From Macrostomum lignano (Eukaryota), in NCBI GenBank assembly GCA_002269645.1, contig NIVC01000163.1, forward strand, positions 372,001-436,000: a stretch of DNA of 64,000 nt. The letters run 5' to 3'. A model generated the notes under the pieces. That model saw only the letters and a program-made list of their open reading frames with translations. It made no database searches and was not told the DNA's origin. This document shows, in pieces, positions 51,665 through 62,781 of this stretch. A program made the translations under genes and the position numbers. The stretch's first letter is position 1. Each line of letters opens with the position of its first letter.

Positions 51665-52546
51665 TTAATACCAAAATGTTTCCCGCCTTGGCCCAGGCTC
51701 TGGCAAGTTCATTTCTGCGTCAATCTCTTCTTCAAATGTTTTGCTACTAGGCCGATAGGTGGCATTGAGCAGGTCGGCTTCAGGCGTATCGTGCTGCTCA
51801 TTCAGCAGGTACTGACTAGGCCTAGTCTGGTCGTCAAGAGTCTCCCACTCCAACGGTAGGGGTATAATACGCCCCGTAGCCAAAGCGACTCGAACAAGTT
51901 CGCCAGCTTCATTTTGACGCCATTCGGCTTTAGTAGGCTGTTGAGTTTTCGGGTCTAGCAGAGACAGACTGTCCAGACTGATTAGATTGGCAACAGTCCC
52001 CAGCTGGTTTGGCGAATTGCCCTGCTGAACATAATCAATATTCAGGCCAGAAACTATGGCGGCTCGTTGCATTCGTTGAATATAGATCACGCGACCAGAG
52101 CGCATCTCGCCGGAAGCTACAGCGGAAGCGTTCACACAATCGGGATGCTTAGGATCCGTTACTACCACGATGTCACCCGGATAGATGGTCTGATCCTGCC
52201 AGGTCAGACCACTGATTCGCTGGGCCCGGCGTCTACCGTCTGGGTACTGCACAGTCCAGGTGACATCCGGGTACACATACTCGGCTATGGTGTTAGCCTG
52301 ATCCCACGGATACTGCTCGCTAAATGACCAATTAGGATAGCCCTTATCTGTGGCGCCAAACAGTCGCCGATTAACTAAATCTTTCTGCTGATGAGGCTTC
52401 GAGTCTGGCAAGCCGAAGTACATAGACTGAGGCTGAGGCACAGCCAATTTGTAGCCTAATAATTCGCCGCAGTATTTCACCTGCATACGCAGCAGCCGGC
52501 TGATGTAGCGCGGCCAGTATTGAAATTCGGCACCGCGTGGAACCTT
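51665..52546 (-). CDS. MRPL24: Mitochondrial ribosomal protein uL24m; coding exon begins at an acceptor with no genomic ATG
   Basis: KOW-like IYPGDIVVV, GRVIYIQR...IVSGLN, LLDPKTQQPTKAEWR...GELVRVALATGRIIPLP, TYRPSSKTFEEEI and terminal FWY match MRPL24. The ORF-track start (52594) is GTG. An acceptor TTTGCAG ends at 52547. Confidence 0.92.
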   Translation of the reverse strand, partial: KVPRGAEFQYWPRYISRLLRMQVKYCGELLGYKLAVPQPQSMYFGLPDSKPHQQKDLVNRRLFGATDKGYPNWSFSEQYPWDQANTIAEYVYPDVTWTVQYPDGRRRAQRISGLTWQDQTIYPGDIVVVTDPKHPDCVNASAVASGEMRSGRVIYIQRMQRAAIVSGLNIDYVQQGNSPNQLGTVANLISLDSLSLLDPKTQQPTKAEWRQNEAGELVRVALATGRIIPLPLEWETLDDQTRPSQYLLNEQHDTPEADLLNATYRPSSKTFEEEIDAEMNLPEPGPRRETFWY

Positions 52547-52706
52547 CTGCAAATTGGATTGTGGAGAAAAAGGGGGATGTAATCCTTTGTTCACTTCAGC
52601 TTAATTAGGCTAAATGTTTACTGCATTGCTGAGACAGTGCAACGCCTAACCTTAAATTTTTATTGCAGCTCAGCTGGATGGACCGTCTACGTTTTGTGAC
52701 CACCAA

Positions 52707-53037
52707 GGGGCCGTAGCCTAGTGGTCTAGCGAGGCGCTCTGATGTACTAGCGGCCTAGGCTCGATTCCAAGAGCAGTAACATTATTTAATTAAGGGCTAA
52801 ATTGGAATCTCGGCTTGGCTCTGCTCGTGCAATTAACGCCCAGCTTGTGGGCCAACCCCCAAGGCACAGTGAAGTGTACATGCCTGACGGTAAATAAAGT
52901 GAGGACCGCTGTACACTCCGCTATGTGTGCCTGCTTTGGAGTCGGCGGAATGTGCAGTAATGCCTCTCGCTGGTTGTGTGACAATGGAGACATAGTGCGC
53001 CTTCATCCATGGCCAGGATGCATACACTGCCTCTAAC
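52707..53037 (+). mobile_element. tRNA-derived SINE (family 2), probable full-length copy
   Basis: GGGGCCGTAGCCTAGTGGTCTAGCG (A box) ... GGCTCGATTCC (B box), with a homologous head at 37098-37168. The 3' boundary is inferred from the adjacent transposon. Confidence 0.62.
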
Positions 53038-53039
53038 TA

Positions 53040-53785
53040 TAGCATTTTGCAGCCCATTTGGGCTTACGCGCAGTTAATTTAATCCAAGATACGTTTGCCA
53101 ATGTAACAGAGCTTTTGTCTATGGTAGCAAGTCTGGTGCAGCGGCATTTAATTTGGTCCAACAAGCATTCATTTGGTCCAAACACTCGTGAGCCATTGGA
53201 CAAACTCTTGCCTTCTCTCAACCGTCTGCAGGTTGTTGCGCACCGCTGGAATGTCAGCGTCTCTACAAGCAATTTTCAGTTGCTTTTCCAGAGCTCTGCT
53301 GATAGTCAAAATCTGATAACCAACTGGAGCTGTTCCCTCAACTTCTGCTGCATTTCGGCAACGTCAACAAAGGATTCATCTCAACTGCATCGAGTAGCAG
53401 TTGGACCTGAGGCTCTCGAGCAACTTTCCTTGGCGATTGCCACCCTTTCGCAGGCAATCTCTGCCGGCAGAGTTTCAACGCGCTGTTGGATGCTGTAAAC
53501 CACCTTTTCTTTTACATTCAGCAACCTTGCAATGTCCTTTGGGTGTTGACCTCCGTCGAGTGCTTCGATCACAAGCCAACGACATTCGTTCAACAGCCTA
53601 GCATATGGTCCACAATTCTGGGACTGAGCTGCAAATGAACTAAATGGACCAAATTGATGCTTGTTGGACCAAATTAAATGCCGCTGCGCCAGCCTTGCTA
53701 CCATAGACAAAAGCTCCATTACTTTGACAAACATATCTTGGTTTAAATTCTATGCGCGTAAGCCCAAATGGGCTGCAAAAAGCTA
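53040..53785 (-). mobile_element. Internally deleted Tc1/mariner-type DNA transposon, 746 bp
   Basis: About 140-bp TIRs (53040-53180 versus 53646-53785), each with two ATTTGGTCCA direct repeats. TA at 53038-53039 and 53786-53787. The - strand encodes an HTH-like remnant ECRWLVIEALDGGQHPKDIARLLNVKEKVVYSIQQR followed by stops. No DDE domain seen. Confidence 0.88.
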
Positions 53786-54649
53786 TATTAAACCTAATCA
53801 AATGTCTATGGTCGAAGCACATGTGAGATAAGCTAGCTATCTGATTGTTTGAATCTATAAAAATTTTATTGTGTAAAAATAAATAAGCAACAATTGAGTT
53901 TAAATAATACACCACCCTGCGTTGTTTATTATTAAACAAGTGAGCTTTTGTTTAAAAAAGACACATTGATACGAGTAAGAAAAGTTTTCTTTTAAAAAGA
54001 CCAACAAATAGACAGCAATTTTATACGATTATATTAAACAAATTAAAACTGTTAAAAATAGACGGATACTAATAGATTAAAATAGAAAGGCAAAAACTGA
54101 ATTATAGGTATATAACAGCTAAACAATGCGCTGTACAAAAGGACAACTGTATAAACTGCACTAAACAAAATGAGCTGAAATTCCAGTTATAATACGCGCA
54201 TAGTAACACCGTAAATTATTGATATTTTTGTTTTAATAAAAGAACAAACTCAAATTGCACTAAATGATACGGTGTGTTGTCAATTTAAATCATAAAATAA
54301 GTAAATATATAAAAGGTCGCACCGGAACTGAGCAGCGGTTTGTTCTCAAAAAAGACTTAAATTAACATTTCGGGACACCAAAATAACACAATAAAAGAAA
54401 GACCGGCTTGAACTCTTTGTTTTATAGATAAAGGTACAGTTTCAAAAAAGAGTACAAAGAGTTAGTATTATAGGGTAAATAGCATATAGATACCAAGCGT
54501 ATTCTAACCATGTTTTTGACAACTGAAATAGAAGAAACGGCCTGTTCTTGCACTAACCTCGGTGCTTGTTGCCTCAGGAGCAAAAGAATGATTAAGCATT
54601 TAACTTGATGTTACACAAGTGAACGCAAGACAGAAGCAACTCAGTCTAA

Positions 54650-55035
54650 GGGGCAGGTCTGAGTATCTCAGCCAATGAGAGATCAAAAGGGGAGAGAGTC
54701 AAAGTTAGCCGGACGAACGTTAGTGTAGGGGGGGCAGGCCTAATATAGCTCAGCCAATGAGAAAGCAGTAAGGAGAGAGGCTAAAATGAGACGGAGGAAA
54801 CTCCGCCTAGGGGGCAGGCCCAATCTAGCTCAGCCAAAGAGAGCAGTAAGAGTAAGGAGAAAGGTCAACTTAGCTGGACGAAACTCAGCCTAGGGGCGGG
54901 GCAGGCCCAATCTAGCTCAGCCAATGAGAGAGCAGTAAGGAGAGAGTTCAGTCAGACGGACGAAACGCATCCTAGGAGCAGGCCCAATCAAGCTCAGCCA
55001 ACGAGAGAGCAGTAAGGAGAGAGGTCAGCCAGACA
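54650..55035. repeat. Five degenerate 77-88-bp units, each with GGGGCAGGCC and CAGCCAATGAG-type motifs
   Basis: Units begin near 54650, 54731, 54811, 54899 and 54976. Confidence 0.85.
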
Positions 55036-55958
55036 AACAAAACTTCGCTTCAAAACTTTAACATCAAAACATATAAATTTAGATGCTTGAATTTGTGAGT
55101 GTGGCGTTTCTTCTACTTCAATTATCTTCCATAGTTTCAACTATAGACTACTTATAATCGTAAGAAAAAGTAGCAAAAAAGCAAAAAAGCGGTAAAACTT
55201 AGCGCACGGTGCGGACAGCAAGAATATTGTTGATCGAACTTAGCCCACATTTTTTAAAGCAAAACAACAAAACGAATGCAGAATATAAAGAGTAGGCTGA
55301 AAGTAGTATTTGAAGCAACTAATATGAACAAATAGCACAGGCGATTAAAGTGTTATTAGCAAATAAGCGAGTTAGCTGGATAATAACATACAGCACTAAT
55401 AAACAGTTGAAAAAGAATCAGATTAAAATACACTATTTTGATTGAGATATAAGAAGAAAATGCAATTTGAAAAAATCGACACATGAAACAGTTCTTATTG
55501 TTTACTGATTCGTTTTCTTTAAGGACAAATTAATTTTGTTTTATTTAGGTAATTTCATTAATAGATAGGGTTAAACAGGCTTAGGTAAACAGGTTCTTGC
55601 AGGTAACACAGGTAAAATAGGAAAGAAGTTACTCTAAAATGAAGAGATGTCACGGTACAATTCGCCTAAGAGTCTATTTGAGGCATTTTATTGTCTGCGA
55701 CTCTGGGGCCGAGCGCTAAGCGCTAACACAACGACTCTTGGACTTATTGCGCCTCTTACGATTCAGCAACTCACGTGATGCGCTAGTGACCGTCACGGTT
55801 ATTTGATTATTTGAAAAGTCAGAATAACGTTTTCAACTGAATTGACTGGAGAGCCTGACCCCCCCCCCAGCAACAGTAGCATAATAAACTGCATGTTTAC
55901 ACAATAAATCGTAGCATTAGAAAACGTTTAATCGACTGCTGCACAACCTAGCCGCTCG

Positions 55959-56579
55959 CTAGCGAATCACTACAGGTGCCCAACGCAGGGCTTCTTCGTC
56001 CAATTTGGCCAATTCAACTGTACGTCGTCCGGCCCCGGCACCGCCGCTGCCCTGACGAACTCGACCACGATCTAGCAGGCGGCGTCGTAGTTTACTGGCG
56101 TCTAGTTGAAGCTGCTGACGCTGCTGCAGCGGCTGAGCAGATGACAGCTGCAGTAATTCCAGACGCTGCAGAGTGCCAGCCAGATCGTCAGCTTCAATGC
56201 CAGTGCTATAAGCCATTTCAGAGATTGAGAATTCTATGCTACTCAAGTCTGTACAGCTGATGAACGAGGCCGATTCCAGTTTGTCAGTTGAGCCGAAAAC
56301 TTTTGCTGATAGCCAGTCTAGCACTGCGTCTGTCCAATAGGCCTTGCAATGTTTTTTGTAGGGGAAGGACAATTGATGCTTTTGTAGTAAAGGCTTCAAA
56401 ATTAAAACACATTTTCATAGAGTTGAATAAGATACTGAGATACAAACATAGCCTAGACCGACAGACAGACAGGCAGCCATAAGGACGGACAACAAAGATA
56501 AACAAAAAATAAGCAAGCTGAGACTGACAGACAAAGACAGCAAGGAAGGACAGATAAACAAACACACAGACAGACAGGC

Positions 56580-56612
<33 letters not shown>

Positions 56613-58608
56613 CAGATAGCTGAGACCGACAGACAGATAGCTGAGACCGACAGACAGATAGCTGAGACCGACAGACACAGATAGCTGAAACCGACAGACA
56701 CAGATAGCTGAGACCGACAGACAGATACACTTAAGACCGACAGACACAGACAGCCGAGACCGACAGACAGATACACTTAAGATTAAGACCGACAGACACA
56801 TACAGCTGAGACAGACAGACACAGATAGCTGAGACCGACAGACACAGATAGCTGAGACCGACAGACAGATACACTTAAGACCGACAGACAGATACACTTA
56901 AGACCGACAGACACATACAGCTGAGACCGACAGACACATAACCAAGGACCTGAGGTCAAAACGACACACAGACAGCAACCGGCGTACCGCCAGACCAACA
57001 TGTCTGTACGAGTCAGCAAAGACAGACTCCTAATCGTTCGTATCCAAGCCTCACCTGATAAGTCAGGCGACCCAAGTCAGACAGTGGTCGCTCGGGCGTG
57101 CCGGGCAGCAGTTCCCTACGCGACAGCAGATAGGAGAAGTCAATTAGGAATCGTCCATAGCCTCTGCGCTGATAGCAAGGCAAAGTCATGATGCAAGACA
57201 AATTGTAACGCTGAGCGGATCGCTTCTCTTTAGAAAAATAGCCCAACAGATTCCAGCCGTCTTGGCGACGTTGGCACAGCACGTAGAATAGAAACGGTTC
57301 AACGTCGAAATACAAAGTCTTATGGTCGAGAAACAGCTTGGCTAATAGGCACAGATTCCGACAATAGACTTTAGCAGATGAGCCGTCAACTTCAAATACG
57401 CTTAAATCGGTTCTGCGATAAATTTCGTTACCAGGCGGATGGCGTAATTGGCAAGTTTTGAGCAGATGTCTAGCTAATACGTTTGCAGACTTAGTGTAGT
57501 GCAGACAGAAAGGACACAGGTGCAGCACTGCCAGGTGCAGGTACTCAGACGGATAAGGTGCCGAGTACCAGCAGGAGATACGGTGCTGACCAATTTGAAC
57601 AGCAGGTGGTAGAGCTAAACCGCTACTCAACTCGGCAACTCCAACCTGTTGCTGGGCAGCAGTTGGCGCGGTAACTAAGCGAAACAGTTCAACATCCTCA
57701 GCCGGAACTGGATCTGGCAAATCCGCAATTGCAACAGTCTGTTTTGACATTGAAACGGATGGAGATTCAACGCAAGCAAGAGAGGAATCTTCGTCGGCCA
57801 TGCGACTGCTATCTAGGGTTCCTTCGCCATCAAAGCCAACTGTTGGACAATAATTATTCGACGCTGCTGACTGTTGCTGACAGCCGCTGCGCTTTCGATC
57901 GCGTTTAGAATCGGCGTGATACAGATGAGATAATCCATCGTATAGGCCTTGATCGCGTCGTTTAGTACGCTTCTTATAAGAGTTCGGCTTCGCAATTTGG
58001 GAATTATTCGATTTTCTAATTCCCGTATTGTTTTTCGACTTCGGCTTAGTGCCGGCTCTCTTCCGAATAGAGGACGCGGCCATCGGGGAATTAGGAAGCT
58101 TTGATGAAGAAGTTGGCGTCAATGGTGGAGTGACCGGTCTAAACGCGACGCCGCCAAGGGTTGGCGCATAGTCTGTGAGATCTTCGAACACCAACGATCG
58201 ATGCGAAGAATCGCTGCCATCGTCATTGTCGCGAGTGTCTTCATTGTCTGCCGCCGCCAGATCCGGCCTGGGAGAATCAACGCAACGCCAGACTGTTGCA
58301 GCTATGGCAGGATTCCTGCCAACATCATCAAGCTTTGTAGAATCGTTAAGAAGCAAATTAGAAGATTTGTCGTTAATTTCATTGCAGCTTTTTGGAACGA
58401 TAGCATAGGCATAATCGTCTGGCTTGCCATATCGCAGGATTAGACCGGCTTCTGCAGCCGAATTGAGAGCCTCTTGGACGCGACCAGTGGAATGAGAAGA
58501 GTTTAAGATTTTAGCAATTCGCTCCAGTGTTGGGCGACGTTTACGCTGACGAATCAGCTCGATGCAGCTCATGATGGCTGGTAGGGGTGCTGCTGAGCAG
58601 CCTGGCAT
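55959..58608 (-). CDS. KAT6: KAT6 (MOZ/MORF/Enok)-type MYST histone acetyltransferase, 2 exons, 645 aa
   Basis: Exons 58608-57055 and 56342-55959. N-terminal [20 protein letters not shown] resembles KAT6 WH1. Linker motifs LYDGLSHLY and EDVELFR resemble KAT6. The MYST domain has the C2HC finger (CPFC...H...C), [16 protein letters not shown] and [11 protein letters not shown] catalytic motifs. Confidence 0.88.
56455..56940. repeat. GACA-derived microsatellite/minisatellite (GAGACCGACAGACACAGATAGCT), KAT6 intron
   Basis: Directly visible. Confidence 0.94.
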
Positions 58609-60759
58609 ACCCTGTTTTGTAAGCACTGGTGGTTGTCAGTTTAATTCAGTTCAAATGTTTAAAAACAACTTATTTGAAATTTTTCAAAATATGTATTGCA
58701 ACAATCAGAAAAACAAAGGCTTTGATTAGTACTACTTATAGTAACTCAAAGTAATATTTGATTTCCAAAATTTTATAATATATTAGATATTAACTTTTTT
58801 ATACATTAGTTCTAGTCAAGAGTTTTCAATTAAAACAAATTTATAATAATTTCACTAGGATTATATTGCTAACTAGTCCTAATCTATGAGAATTCTAGTT
58901 AACATAAATAGAATTGAATACTATATTATTTATTTTATCATTTAATTTAATATAGCAAATAATTAGATTCATGTACAATGACAAAATAAAATTTGTAAAT
59001 TTTATTTATACTAACTAAGCATAGACTTTGGGTTTAAACATTTTTATTAAAAATTTATAATACAAGTATATAAGATACTTTAACTATGAGGTTATATAGC
59101 ATATTTGATTCTGATTGAACAGTGCGAGTTTGAAAAAATTTGTTGAGCCATTTTTGCTAAAATTGATCATACACATGCGCACACAGACAGACCATTGTTA
59201 GTATAATGGATATAAGATGAAAATAAAATAGAGATTTTAACTATAATGAGAGGAATAATATACACTAGAAGGGCACTATTCTGAGTAAACTGAGGGTAGT
59301 GAGGACCATTTTAGGGCAAAGACAAGGGCAGCTGCCCCCCCCCTTAATTTTACCATTGGATTGATATATTAAAAATTTATCAGTTTACTCAGTTTACTCA
59401 AATATCTTCTAATTTGCTTTTTGATTAATTTAAAAAAGTTTACAAAAAAACTTTATTATTTTTTATGAAATAAATGAATGAATGAATGAAATGTTGCTTA
59501 ATGACTATAATTAAGGACTAGAATCATTTGTGTTGAACTATCAAGATTCTAAGTAAGTACAGCATGTCTTATACTCTTATCCTAAAGAATTTTTAGTCCT
59601 ACCTCTTCTAAAACAAAAAATTACAATTTAAGAAAAAATGTCTTGAATTAATAACTAGGTATTAAGGCTATAATCTATGGTTATTATGTGTATTATAATT
59701 TATAGTTAAATAATCTATTATATGAAACAAGTGCTTAATGCTTATCTAATGATATTGTCAAGACATTCTGTTTTAAACAAATTAAATGCTTTAATTTGTT
59801 TAATTCTTTGTTTAATATATTGATAAGTGCATTGGCAAATGAATTGTTTTATTGCTATTTTTGCTTTTGTATAAAGTTCTTAAATATTTTTTATTCACAG
59901 CTGCTTTTATTAGAAGTTGGACAGGATCCTAATCTTGAAATCTTGGGATCTCAAGAAAAAGTAGATTCCCATAGGATTGGGATCTCAACCCTAAAAATAA
60001 GAATTGGAAACAGGTCTTTTGATTTAAATTTATAGAAGTAACAAAGATTACTTGAATGTGTCTCATTCAATGACTTCAATCTTATTTGACTTTTACTTTT
60101 TACCTTACAATGTATAAAAATAATTTAATTTTTTTTTAAATACAACACAAATACAATATAATATAATTTAATGATATAATAAAATATAATATTAAAGTAT
60201 AATTATTTTGTCAACCACTACCTTTTTGTTGATTGAAAAAGAAAATGAATTTTTAAAGGTAAGAAATAAAGAAGTTATAGCTATTATAAAAGTGAAAGCT
60301 TATTTTTCATAATAATATACAACAAGACAAATATTTATAATAAGATGTCATTTTCCAATTTTTTATTGTAATGTTTCCAAAAATATGATAACCTATTATT
60401 TAAACATTGGATAAGAAAACAAAAGAAAAGAAAATGTTTATTTTAAAATCTTCCAAATAGTAAATTTTAATGGATATATTCTAGATCATATAATTTAAAC
60501 CCAAACATTTGGGCATGCATTGGCAAAAGTTTGGTATATATACCTGGTATGAACTTTAAAGACTTAAAAATTAAAAGAATTTAAGAAATAAATACTTTTT
60601 TCCTACTCTATACCTCTAGAAAAAATCATGTCTCTTATTAATCTTCAAACTGTAAAAATATTTTGCTGCAAATAACTTTAAAGTCTATCTATCATACATG
60701 CGCAACCTCCAACATTCGGTCGGCCATGTGACTTAGTTTTTACAAAAATGCGACATAGT

Positions 60760-60925
60760 TTTTGGCCAAAAATGCGACTTACATGTAAAAAAACCCTAAA
60801 GCAAAATTAACGCAACTTTGGGTAAACAGCAGGAGTAACTATGACTTTTTTATAAGTCAAAATGCCTTGTCAGCTACTTAGTACTACTACTTTGGTATTT
60901 TTAGGGTGGGAATTTTTGCAACTTC
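60760..60925 (+). repeat. Diverged dispersed repeat, second copy at about 63020-63205
   Basis: Shared blocks GACTTACAT, CCCTAAAG, AAATTAAC, CAGGAGTAACT, CAAAATGCCTT and ATTTTTGCAACTT occur in the same order. Confidence 0.7.
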
Positions 60926-62046
60926 CTTGATTGGCCCCCTGTTGGCCGACTTGGCCAACTGTTGTGCATGTATGATTATATTTCCTATATTGGCACACTG
61001 TAATACATATTATATGGCAACTATACATATTGACAACATATTTTCCTTCAGTTGCATCTTAATATTATAAAATGTATGCCATATACGCAAACATTTTAGC
61101 ATACGCACACAAGAAAATTCTGGTATATACTAGGCTTACATCTTAAGATATATGCGGAAAAGTTTGTATACAATGGACAAAATATCAATAAGTTTATTTT
61201 TAAGCATAAATTCAAGCTTTAGGTTTTTTAAACTTGTAATAGTGCATTTTAACAATTTTTAAGCTTATTGGTTTTTTGCCTTAAATCAAATGTTATCGCC
61301 AAAATATTATAAATTATAAAATTTATATTTTAAATAATAAAATTGCTAATCTTTAGATTTGTTTAAAAAATATAAATTGCTTTCTAGTCTTTATTGTTTA
61401 TTTTAAATTTAAATGCCAAAAAACAATACACAATATTTTTTTCATTTTTTAGCTAGTATGAACTCAAAAATTTTTGGAATACTTCAGTATGCATTTGTTT
61501 TTGTTCAATTTTTGTGTAGGCATAACCAGGATTATGTTTAATGGCACTGGCAGTGGCATACATAGGATTTTGAAAAAATAGGGGATAAATTTTAGGAATA
61601 AAATTGTAGACTAATAAACTAGTTTTTTTGCAATTTTTATGCTAAAAAACTTTACTTTATTAAAAACAAAATAAAGCCGGCAAACATCTCTCTTGTCTAA
61701 GGCATTTTAGGAATTAAGAATTTGTAGAAATATTGTTTCAAACATTTTAATAGTAATCTACAAGTGAAATAGGGAATAGGCCTATTTTTGGCAATTTTGC
61801 TACATCTAAGCTGCTATATTTTGCATTTTTTTAAACTTATTTTTGTTTCCAATAAATAAAAAATATGACAATATGGTGATATATCCCACCCTTAGGTACA
61901 CTACTGTTTAATGGATGACTGTGTTTGTTTCTTGATTAAATGTTATTCATCTATTATATATATACATAGGACCTTTTCATATTGCTTGTTCTGGTTCCAG
62001 AACCAGAACCAATTTGTGAAGTATAACTTTTTGTCTTCATAACTAG

Positions 62047-62781
62047 TAGTGATATATCGAAATTATTTTTCAAATTGAAATTGAAATCGAAATTTTCGGT
62101 TCCTTAGAATCGAAATTGAAATTGAAATTGAAATCAAAATTGAAAATTTTGAGCTTAACAAATTTTTACTTTTTCGCTAATCATGCAAAAAGGTTAACAC
62201 CTTGCCTCTGCATGTATGAGCTTACATGTTTTATAAAAAGTATCTTTGATATGTTTAAACCAGAATATTTAAGATTTAACTTACTTTAAAAATACGAAAT
62301 AGAAAATGCTGGTATATTATATATTATACACTCGTATATAGAAATATAGTAGAAATTGTATTATACTTCACCGCTGTTTAAGCTGAAGATCTAGATACGA
62401 CATATGAGTGGCCTATATCCATTTCATTAAGGCTTTAAGTCTTTAGCCAATTAAAATCCACGCCGATGAGTTCAGCCAGTGGGCTTGTGGAGGTTGAGGT
62501 GGGTGCAGCACAAGGCCTGGAACAGTGTATGCCCCGCACAATCTTTCTTGTAGAAAAGGCGATTCTCACCTCCCCACCACACTTCCTTTCACTTCCTATA
62601 GATTTTCTTTCCTGTGTAGCATGATCATCAATGTCTAAATTGTTAAAATATAACCAAAATTTTGAAATGATTTTCGAAGAATGGTGTCAAAATTCAAAAT
62701 CAAAATCAAAATTATTTCGATGCAAGATTAGTTTTGAAATTCGGAATATTGAAATCGAAATCAAATTTTGATACATGACTA
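62047..62781. mobile_element. Non-autonomous hAT-type element, 735 bp
   Basis: TIR TAGTGATATATCGAAAT versus reverse complement of the right end TAGTCATGTATCAAAAT. Perfect 8-bp TSD ATAACTAG (62039-62046, 62782-62789). Subterminal GAAAT(C/T) repeats at both ends. Confidence 0.85.

Noticed and set aside
55789-55800. ACCGTCACGGTT, matching the 5' end of the Schistosoma spliced leader as I recall it
   Set aside because: The match is only 12 nt and is not followed by the rest of a leader, a terminal ATG|GT donor or an Sm site.
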